A program made the translations under genes and the position numbers. The notes beneath the pieces are model-generated. The model ran no database searches. It was given only the letters and a program-made list of their open reading frames with translations, and was not told the DNA's origin. This document shows, piece after piece, positions 22,911 through 33,399 of a stretch of DNA of 64,000 bases (position 1 is the first letter of the stretch; each line of letters begins with the position of its first letter). The stretch comes from Craspedostauros australis (taxonomy: Eukaryota): assembly GCA_030167865.1 (NCBI GenBank), contig JALAGF010005512.1, positions 1 to 64,000 of the forward strand. Reading direction: 5' to 3'.

Positions 22911-24186
22911 TGCCGGTGGATGGTTTATGATGCGATGAGGCGAAGTAATGGTCGATTGAAGTCCTTCTTTGTCTCGACTTTCCCGTTGCCCTCACGTGTT
23001 CCTCCCTTGCTTTGCGTATGTGGTTGCGTATGTGGTTGCGTGTGCGTTTGTTTGTGTGTTCCTTCGTTCGTTCGATCGATCGTTGAAGTTGCTGGAGTTA
23101 CTAGAATGTGACGAGAATGTGGGCGAGAGGTGTTTGTGATGGTTGGACCACTATCAGCATCAGTAGGTTGTTGTGGAACATCAACCTCCTCCAACCATCA
23201 GCCATCAACACGCACTCACATGGGACAGAAGAATGCATTGGCGCCACTGCTCTCGGCCATCCCACATCGATTCGTTTCTGATCGTTTTTCTGTGGCGTGC
23301 GTTTTCGTTGACGTTGTTGTTCTTGTTCTTGTTATTCCTCCGTTGTCGCTGTACCTGTAGCTTTCACTCCGCCCGTTGTTGTCTTATTTGTTCTTGTTCC
23401 TCTTCCGATCGTGTGCAAGTGTGCAATGCTCGTGTGTGGTGTGATGTGGACCACTGACACCTCACGATGGTATCTTGGATAAAACGTATGCAGACACACA
23501 CTTAACCTTCGGTTGACAATGCCCTCATCCCGCGTTGCACTTACTTAACAGAGCACTTCATGACGTCATGGGAACACGTACATTGCAGCATCGTCACTCC
23601 CACCACGTCAACGTGCCACTCCATCTGCGCGGATTCAACTTTAACGTTTATTAACGTATGTTTGGTACACATTCGTAGTATACGATATCCATGAGGTACT
23701 ATGTAGTATCGTATGATACTATACTTCACGTCTCCCAGGAGCCCATTGTGCACATCTTCGAAAAAAAGCGCGCCATCGATGTGTGCAATCTCGCGCGCCT
23801 TCGAACTCGCGCCGAAAATCATGCCTGGTACTGATTGAACGTACGGCAACACCACCAAAACACACAGCCCAACCGCGGCAACCACCACAAAAATGCATCA
23901 AACCCAACGCCTCTCCACCACCAACGCAAGCACAGACACACAATATCCTTGCACTCTGCCCTCCCCACGCAACCGCATCCGCAACCGCAACCCAAGCAAC
24001 CCAGCCGGAGGCAAGCCATCCGTCACCAGCATCATCAAGGAGAGCCACAGCAGCTTCATCAAAACGGGCGCGCACACACGGCGGACTCAACCGAAGCAAC
24101 GCACACCGAGAGCACCGCGCAAATTCGCCGCAAGCGTCTCGGCCAAGTCACGAATACACGAGCAAACCGCACACAAGACACAAACC

Positions 24187-24253
24187 CCGCGAAAAGCCTG
24201 TTGTGCCAGTTGGCGCGCAAACTTCTTTTCTCGCGTCTTCCGTGCTTTCGCGG
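24187..24253. promoter_or_regulatory. Cluster of E2F-like sites
   Basis: CCGCGAAAA (24187-95), TTGGCGCGCAAA (24210-21) and TTTCGCGG (24246-53) match or nearly match TTTSSCGS, about 400 bp upstream of the atypical E2F ATG. Confidence 0.45.
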
Positions 24254-24650
24254 CCCAGTGCCTTCGTTTTCTCCTGCTCATCGCTCCCGCCACAAACCAA
24301 CCCACGCAACAACCACCGCCACCAATACCGATCGTGGCAGAGAGCCTGTGTCCGCATCTTCGGCCGCAACCAACCCAAACAACGCGACGCAACACAACAC
24401 AACACAACGCGACGTAAAATACTTAATTACCAATTAAAGAACGTGTTGGAAAAGGAGGCACACCCTTGCAACAACGAGAAGACAAGGCTCAAACCAAAGC
24501 CCAGATCCCTCTCCCAGCCGTTGGAGGCAACAATTGCGAAGTGGAACGTAGTTCTATTGGACAAGCGACGCTCGACCGTTCATTGTCGGAAGACAGCGTC
24601 AGATCTCACAGGTAACGCAGAAGCAAAGCAAAGCAAAACAAAGCGACGTC

Positions 24651-27600
24651 ATGGTTCACCTTGTGACAATGACCAACACCCTCGCAAGCGACCACCCGCG
24701 CGACCAGGCCACGGCCAATCAGCTCTTGGCACGGCCACCGCCCATTGCGGATGCCCATCTGCAGCCCGAAGAGGACGCGCAAGCGGAGTCCCCTGCTCCT
24801 GCCACCACCGCTCTGACAACGGCCCCTGCTGTCACCACCACGCCAAGCCCCAAGCAATCCGACCTGTCTTCCCAGGAGGTCCAATCGCCCCCCGCGACGT
24901 CTCCGCAGCTACCGCAGTCTTCGGGATCCAAGAGGCATCGCGCAGCAACGCACATGCAGTTGCCTGTGCAAGCGCACGTGCCCGTTGCAGTTGCCATTGC
25001 CCAGGCCGTTCGCGTGCCAACAAGCACATTCGTGGACAATGCCGATGGGAAGAAGCGCAAAATAGTTGCGCATCCACACGCGGTTGTGCAAGTGCTCCGG
25101 CCTGCCCATGCCCGTGCTCATGGCACTGTCCCTGGCAACGTCCATGCCCATGGGTACGAACAACAACCGCAGCCAACCCTGTCTTCGACGCCTGCCAAGG
25201 GGAAACCATTCGCCGCATTCACTCCTCCAGCTGAGGGTGGCACTCATGTCTCGTTGGAGGAATCAGGATACGCATCTCCGGACGAGGACCAGGTCATCAC
25301 GGGCGAGAAGAAGGGAAAGGTAGTGTCCCCAACGGCCGCCGCCGCATTCGCCCTGTCCTCGTTGCAACACATGCGACCCCACATCGGTCAGCCGGGTGCA
25401 GGCGCTGACAATACCCACGGAAGTCCTTCGCGATATGACGAAACCAGTTCGCTCACGAGGAAGCAGCTGTTCAAGAACTCCCCACCTGCGTCGCAGTTGC
25501 GGGAGCGTGCAAGGAAGACCATGGATGCGTCCCACGATGACCCCACCGGTCAGGCTACTCACCATCAGACGTATGCAGGCGCCCAGGCAGGATCAGCATC
25601 CATCTCCCACACGGCAATGCACGCCTCGCCTGCTGCACCGTCATTGTCAGCAAACGGGGCTCAGCCCGCGGGAAGAGTGGCCATTTCGCCAGTTGCTGGG
25701 GGCAACTTGGAGACGCCGAGGCGTACGGGGGCACCAAGTAAACTCGGAGAGAATGGGGACGGACAAGCCAACGGGAACCTCGTGTCGACATCAGCTTCTG
25801 CGGCTGCGGCTGGAGGCGCCGATGGATATGTGCAAGTGCCAACACAGGCACAGGGACAACAGCAGGAGATGCAAGCACAGGACTACCCAGTCGCTGGAAC
25901 GAAGCCGGTGACCACGCCAGCAGGTTACAAGCCCTACACCCTCGTTACGCACGGGCTCGGCTGGCTGGCGGATCACTCCACCTCGAAGGCGCACAAGACA
26001 TCATCCGAGGCCTATCCTTACACCGCTCTGCTCAACGGCGCTGAAGCGATGCACGCAGCAACTCAAAATCCAAACCAGGTACGTTTCCTGCTTTGGTTGT
26101 GTGTGCGTGTGCATGTGTGTGTGTCAATCTCTGCGCAACATCAGCATGGCACATCTCAACGGCCCAATGCGATTCTGTGATGTCATACATTGCGGTGTGA
26201 TGGGTGCGATGAGACGTGATCATGAACGGCTGTCATACTACACAACTCAACGCAAGTTCAAATCGACTGTCTCCGCACGGCAAAGTCCCAACTTTTCCTT
26301 CATCTCACTCGGTCTGTTTTGATTTCGATCTCTGGCTTTGCCGTATCACCCACACCGGCGACAACGATGGCTACGGCTACCACTACGGCGTGATCATATT
26401 TGCATGCGTACGACTTCCGGAGCAGACGGCGAGCGGTCATCACGGTGAGAATGGCGTCAGTTCGGAACAACCCAGCATGGTCAACTCCTCAATCGTCGAC
26501 AAGATCGCCAGTCCAGGTATGGCTCAGTCGTCGTCCTCCATGTCTCAGGCTCTACCAACCACAAACGCTTCCATGGTGGCAGGTGCTGCTGGAAATGCAA
26601 ATTCCGAAGGTCGTGTTCCCACCGGTCACGATGGCACAAGCCCATCTTTGGCTCGATTGGCATCTTGCGCGTACTCGCTGGTCACGCCAACTCCGACCAA
26701 GAAGAAGAAGCAAGCCACGTTCCAGGTCAACAGGAAAGTGTGCACATCGCCTCCGTACCTTGCACCGCAGCAGCCGGTGTCGATGTATTCGAGGAAGCGC
26801 AAATCGCTGGGTGTGCTGGCCGAGAACTTCATGAGAGTCTTCTCCCAGAGCCCCACCGGATCGCTCGTCGTGCTGGATGAGGCGGCGGTCATGCTGGGTG
26901 TGGAACGACGACGCATTTACGACGTCGTCAACATTTTGGAGGCACTTTCGATCGTCACCAGGAAGCAGAAGAACACGTACTTTTGGAACGGAACGACCAA
27001 CCTCGATGTCTTCTTCTCGAAGCTTCAAGCGGAAGCGATCGAGAACTACCCCGACATCGCGCAGGCCAACGGCTTTCCCACCAAGTCGCCCATTGCAAAG
27101 CAGATGGAGGATCAGGACAGCAAGTCGTTGGCGCGGCTCAGTCGCGAGTTTCTCAAGATGTACCTTCTGGGACACGAGACCCTGTCGTTGCCGCAGACGT
27201 CCGAAATGATCCAAGGCTCGCCGATGGAGAACAAGCTCCTGACCACAATGAAAGATGGCATAACCGAAAACGACGCCATTGTCCAGCACCCCGACTTCAA
27301 ACATCTATCCAAGAAGGAGATCGACGACATGCGAGGAGCCGCGGTGCGTGGGCACAAGACGAAAACACGCCGCCTGTACGACATCGCCAACGTCTTCCTC
27401 AGCGTTGGATTGCTGTGCAAACTGGACGGCAACGACCCGCAGAGCGCCAGACGACCTCGCTTCATCTGGTCCTACCGGCTGACGGCGATGGAGATCTTCG
27501 AGCTGAGCGCCGAGCTGGCCGCCGTGGCCAAGGCTGCAGCAGAAGCGGAGGCTAAAGCGGCGGCAGAGGCCAAAGCCGCAGAAGAGGAGGCTGCCAAAAA

Positions 27601-28390
27601 GCTGGCTGAGGCGACGAAGGCCAGGTTGGCTCTCGAAGTTACGAAGGCAGGTCGCCGCCAAGCCAAGGAGACCAAAAGTGCAATCGCGAAGGCGCAAAGA
27701 GCACGCAAGAAGGCCCTGCCGATATCTTCCACGTCGAAGACGACAAAGAAGAAACATGCCGCAAGCAAGAAGAGTTCCAGCACAGCGCAACATTCCGCTT
27801 CCAAGAGCAACAGCAACAGCACCGTCCGGGAAGTGACGACCAAGACAGCATCGTGGAAGAAGAGTCGGCTTCCCTTGACCACCGCCAAGAGCGCCAAGGC
27901 ATCTCCGTCACCACCGAAAGGAAAGGCTAAGAACCAAGCCGATTCCGCAAACCTAAAGACGAAGTCAACGACATCTCAAGCGAATCAACGCAAGCTGCCT
28001 TCGTCATCGCGAAAGAAGCTGGCTGCTGGTCACAGAGTGGTGAAGATGAGTATCGACGTCAACAAGCTGTCGCCTTCCGGACAATCAAACAGCCAATCAC
28101 CCAATCAACCGGAGAAGACGCAAAACAACAGCGAGACCGCGCAGTCAACGCCCAATGGAGCCAAGCGAGTGGTGGTCATGGGGATGGGAAGCACGAAGCG
28201 AAAAGCCCGGTCGGCCTACCGATTACCTCGGAAACGATTGACGGCAACAGCAATGACGGACGCAACACCATCGACAGTGATGGTGACAGACACAGCGTCC
28301 ATGGATGCAAAGCCTGTGTCACAAGATACCGCCGATCCTGCCATATGCGACAGCGACGGTGAGGAGACGGAAACAGAATCGATCTGCTAG
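24651..28390 (+). CDS. DEL: Atypical E2F (E2F7/8, DEL type) with two DNA-binding domains; exons 24651-26078 and 26426-28390, about 1130 aa
   Basis: DBD1: RKSLGVLAENF..VERRRIYDVVNILE..YFWNG. DBD2: KSLARLSREFL..KTRRLYDIANVF..RFIW. A phase-0 intron GTACGT(26079)..GAGCAG(26425) joins the two ORFs in frame. Confidence 0.9.
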
Positions 28391-30592
28391 CAAGAGAGGG
28401 GAGCGGAGGTGGCACGAACAGGTCGCACGCACCGTGCTATGATCGCCATCAGTGTCCTCGTCGTTGCCATCGACTCGCCGATCTGCAACATATTATACTA
28501 CACAATACAGCACTGCTCTGCTACGACTATAGGCGATACAAAATGTTATTGTAATAATAGTAGAGAGTGGGATTAGATATAGCCCAGAGGATTCCGAATG
28601 CAAACATGCTCTCCAGAAAGTAGTGTTGATTGTGCCAGCGCAGGAGAGCGGCTGCGGAACCCTTGAGTTGCGGTGCCAAGAAATGGATGCGTGCATTTCT
28701 CAGGCACGCACCTGGCGCGACGGCCACTGCATAGCATAGTGATCAGTGTGTTGGGCAGTGTAACTTGGAGAGTGTTCTGCTCTATTCGTACTTGCGCCTT
28801 CTCGTACTCATACGGTATGGTCCGTGTCAACAAAGATGATGTTGTTTGGGACGAAGTGTAAAGAAAAAGAAGCAAAGGCAACAGCCACAACCACAGAAAA
28901 GGCCTCGGTCCAGAGCAGCGCGTCGCGTCAGATCGCATCCATCAGACATCATGTCATCAGATCCCATGACACCACAAGCCAATCTGCGAACTTGTACTTG
29001 CCGCCAAGCGTCACATCACATCGCATCACCTTGCAGCCTTCGTCTCTTCTTGTCATTACCAATTGTTCCGAATCTCCCCCTCCTTCTGGCTCTCTCTCTC
29101 CTCTCTCAACTCAAGTATCGCGCTGGGGCTTGTTGAGAGGTCAGGAAGCGGAGTTTCGATCGGGCTTGTTTGGAGTGATGAGGTTGCTTTTTGGCATCAC
29201 CATCATGGCGCCAAAATTCACGCTACGCTTCTTAGTGTCACGGTTCGCCAGTTTGCAACCGGAACAACCATCCGTGCGTTGTTTGCTGCGTGTCACATGG
29301 GCGCAGAAGGTTATGTGTGGGTTTGTCACGCTGTTAAATACCAAATCGAGCGCCGTGTCTGTCGGCGACACATGCACACAACGAAGGAGCCGTTGGGATT
29401 CAGCCCAATACACAAGCCTTGTGATGCGTGAATGAAATCACAGAATTCGCATGGGCACGAGTATGTCACTCGGAATGTTCGAACACGGAAGATTATTCCT
29501 GTTTGAATTGTCGTGCTGGCGCGCGATCGGTGATGCCAACCTCATTTTTCTGTTGTTCTGTGAGAGTGAACGAGAGGTGGTGGTGATGTCAACAGGCAAC
29601 ATCATCACCAACGACGAAGCGACACACATCAACAACAAAGCGCTCACCAACGAACATCATCGATCGTCAATCCAACAGAACAGAACAAGTAGAACAAACA
29701 GAACAAACGGAGAGCCGAGGCAAAAGAGAGTGCTCGATCAGTATTCGAACGAGGGTGTAACCAGCTAAACGATCACACAATCAACCAAACACCAATGCGC
29801 ATCATCCTGTGACCAATGCTCGTCGAGTAGAGCAGAGCAGAGCGCATTACAACACAAACAAACACTCACATCATCCACACCATCCGCATCATCCACATCA
29901 TCCACACCCTTGGCAGTTGCCCCTTCCCCAATACAATTTGTTCGGACGCTCCCACAATCATCAAAGCGGCGATCAACAATTCGCATTGCAAACAGAAACG
30001 CAAAGCGCACCCCAGATCCCCAAACCTCAAGAGAGAAACGTGGCAACTGCACAATCGTGAGCATCCACTCGCGGCCCCATCAACCATCTGTTCACAACAA
30101 GGACCTCTTCTCACCAAATCGTAAAACCAATTCATCGATCAATCGATCAATCAACCAATCAAGAGTGGTCCATCAAGAGGCAATCAAGTGAACGTTTACT
30201 CTATCAATACCAACCTCTCTCTCCGTCCGCCCATTCTCAGAACATCGAACATCAAACTCCAATCTTAGATCATCCTCTCCCCATCACACGATCGTGAAGG
30301 AACAACTCCGCCCGACTTCAACCAGATCGTCTTCAGTGACACATCGCGGAGTCGTGCGCCTTCATTTGATTTTAAAAAAGGGAACTCCTTCGCCACCTTC
30401 AAATTCATCCGCACAACACGCACACACACAAACGCATTGCCCGTCGCAAATCACAAATCACAAACAACCACAAATCAGCCAAACACACGACAAAGAACAT
30501 CAACAACAAAGATTAGCAACAAGCACAAACACAAAAACAAACAACAGACAGCAGACAGCAGACAGCAAACAGAAAACAGAAAATACACAAGC

Positions 30593-31906
30593 ATGTTCTG
30601 CCAAATGCTATTCCTCACGGGCGAGGGCGACAGCAATGCCATCGTCAAGCGCCTGTCGAAGCTCAGTAAGAATTCCACGTTCACGGAACTCTACATTTCA
30701 GCCATCCACGTGGACGACGTCATTGTCAAGGCCGTTCAGGAGATGCTCCACTTCAAGCGTTTCCGCGTCGGTGTTCACATCGCCCATTGCACGGGGAAGG
30801 TCAACCAATTGATCGATGCCATCTACGCAAACAGCAAGGTGCAGAAATTGACCATGCTCACCGATTGTCCACGGCCAGATTTTTCGGCATTGGGACGCGG
30901 CCTCACGCGCAATACTCACCTGCGAAGGCTGGCAATTCAGGCGCCCTTGTCACCGGAAGCTGCCAAGGCCCTCGGTGAAGGAATCAGCACATGCAGGGCG
31001 CTGCAGGAGCTCAGCGTCTCCATCTCGGGAACCAACCTAGCAGCGTCCAAGGCATTGGCGAAAGGATTGAAGCGAAACGCATCCCTCACGACGCTCAAGC
31101 TCATCCGTTCCGGCAAGCAATTCGGATCCAACGCCGACGAGGATGAAGAGCTCCATCTCAGCGTCATCCTCAAGGCCCTCAAAAAGCACCCCACGCTCAA
31201 GAAGCTGGTCCTTCAGAACAGCGCCTGCAGCACGGCGGGAATTCCAGCGTTGGCAGAAATTCTGCGGTCAAGGCACTGCCGTTTGACGCAGCTGGAGCTC
31301 GTCAACTACCGGTACCGCACGGAAGTGCTGCCAGATCTGCCGGTGCTCATGGGCGCGCTGCAGGCCAACTGCTCGCTTCGCAAGTTGTCGCTGTCGGGCC
31401 ATTACCTTTGCGAACAGGATGTCAGCAGCCTGTCCTGCTCCATCTCCACGTCCGGCATGCTGCAGGAGCTCTGCCTCACTAACTGCGGCCTCAATGACAC
31501 CAGCGCCTGCATCCTCGCCATGTGGCTGTACGAGCTGTCATCCCTCAAACGTCTCTACCTCAAGGACAATCCCTTCGGTTCCGTCGGCGCACGCGAGCTG
31601 TGTGAGGCGGTCAAGATCCACTGGGAGCTGGAGGAGGTCCTGCTGCCGGGCACGACGATGTCGAAGAAGCGCATGCAGAAATGGCAGGAGATGATCGAAT
31701 TCTACCTCATCCTCAACGCTGGAGGACGGCGTCTGCTGCGCGAGCACAACTTCCCGACGTCGCTGTGGGCGCAGGTGCTGGCGCGGGCGGAGCAGACATG
31801 CTGGGATGGCTCGTCCTTCATGCCGCTGAAACACGACAACATCCAAAGCGCCCAGTCCGATATCATTTACCATCTTTTGCAGGGACCCGCTGCTCTGTCC
31901 AGATGA
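30593..31906 (+). CDS. RI-like LRR protein, 437 aa, paralog of 21291-22583
   Basis: ATG at 30593. LRR repeats, shared N-terminus (LFLTG..DS..IV.RL.KL..TELYIS, HCTGKV) and cap FYLILNAGGRRLL. Confidence 0.9.
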   Translation: MFCQMLFLTGEGDSNAIVKRLSKLSKNSTFTELYISAIHVDDVIVKAVQEMLHFKRFRVGVHIAHCTGKVNQLIDAIYANSKVQKLTMLTDCPRPDFSALGRGLTRNTHLRRLAIQAPLSPEAAKALGEGISTCRALQELSVSISGTNLAASKALAKGLKRNASLTTLKLIRSGKQFGSNADEDEELHLSVILKALKKHPTLKKLVLQNSACSTAGIPALAEILRSRHCRLTQLELVNYRYRTEVLPDLPVLMGALQANCSLRKLSLSGHYLCEQDVSSLSCSISTSGMLQELCLTNCGLNDTSACILAMWLYELSSLKRLYLKDNPFGSVGARELCEAVKIHWELEEVLLPGTTMSKKRMQKWQEMIEFYLILNAGGRRLLREHNFPTSLWAQVLARAEQTCWDGSSFMPLKHDNIQSAQSDIIYHLLQGPAALSR

Positions 31907-33399
31907 TGCCAAGCATACTCGAGTATCGTATGAGCAGTACTCGTACGTACTCTGAATTGCATAGGGTCAACCAGAGCGGATGCCGCCGTCGTTGGTGCGA
32001 GTACGAATAGAGAGTACAATATGAGCGTCACCAACATCCACCACGTGGACATACCGAGAATCATGTATAATAACAGTAATTGTATGAAAGGAGCCAAAGT
32101 GGAGATAATTGCATTTGTAGTGTCGCAATACCACGAGTACGAGTATTGAATTCGACTTGTACTCTTCTTGTGGTGTTGTATCACACTGCATCTGCACAGC
32201 AGAGGTTGCGCAGCTCGCATCCCGCACATGCGCATGAGTGGTCACAGGGCGCCCCTTCCTTCTGCCATGGTTCGTGGAATATGCGTACTCTTGTCCATTC
32301 TCTGACACACGCGTACCACTACATACGGGCACACATTGCCAGATGTGGATCTGTAGGCGAGTCATTTCAACTATTATACATATAATAGATTGTATGATTC
32401 GAACTCTACTTCTCGCTCTGCAGAGCCATCGCACATGCGCGGCATAATGTATAGTAGTGCGGAAAGTGCGACGGCCCCAAACAAAGAGAGAGAAAGGGGG
32501 AGATGTCTAGGTCGTATTCAGCTAGACGGACGAATGTATCGAATGGTCTCAGTAACTGAAAGAAATACGCAATTACCGCAACTCCGTTTCTTCTCTTCTT
32601 TTCTCGTAACCACATCGTTTGGTCTGAGAATCCTCGGTGCCAACCACACACACATTGAAGTGTTCGGCAGGTGCCGGCAATCAAGATGGTGTGGTGGTCT
32701 GCGATGCGCAGCGAAGTGCGTCTCCAATGACGCATCGAGACTCTCATGGGACAAGGGCAAGATCAAAGGCCAGAGCGAAGGAACAGAGAGGGGCACAGGC
32801 TGGGGTGGGCCAATGTCATTTTGATTTGGCGAAGGTTCAGCAATACCATGGGCAACGTCGCACACGGTCAACACGCGATGCGAACGTATCCATCCTGCAT
32901 GCGGAGGGCAGTCGGTGCTTTCTGATACTTCGTTTCCAACTTGGAGATACTCACAGATTTCAATCGCAGTGTAGATCAGTGTGCGATTCAAGGCGATGCG
33001 AGACATGACACTCTATGTACCTTACGGCTACGCATGTTCCCTCTTCAGCCACAGGGTTCATTCTGCTTGATACTCTCATCAGTTGGCAATCGCATTCACG
33101 TGTCGTTTCTGAGTGAAGACTGGTTGAAAGAAACATGAGGTGAAAGAGGGATCCTTCACTTGCCGGAATGGCACGAACGAGGTAGCACAAACATGGACTG
33201 AACCACTTCAACAGACGAGGCCTTGCCCTTTGGCATCGTTTGGAGGCAACACTGGAGGCAAAATGATTGCTACCACTACTCTTTCCCACAAAATCAACAC
33301 ACTCCAATTCGAATAGGAAAGAAAGGCAACAGCAACACCAACACCAACAGCAACAACAATCTCCATCACTCAATCACATAAGCCAACACGAAAATCAAG

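Noticed and set aside
23783..25234. 483-aa ORF overlapping the first DEL exon in another frame
   Set aside because: GTG start and low-complexity translation. The T-poor, CA-rich sequence explains the lack of stops.
28573..28938. 121-aa minus-strand ORF with a hydrophobic N-terminus
   Set aside because: The hydrophobic stretch is the reverse complement of an A-rich tract; no other support.
30437..30592. N-terminal extension of the second LRR gene in the ORF track
   Set aside because: TTG start in a CA-rich leader. Paralog alignment begins at the ATG at 30593.
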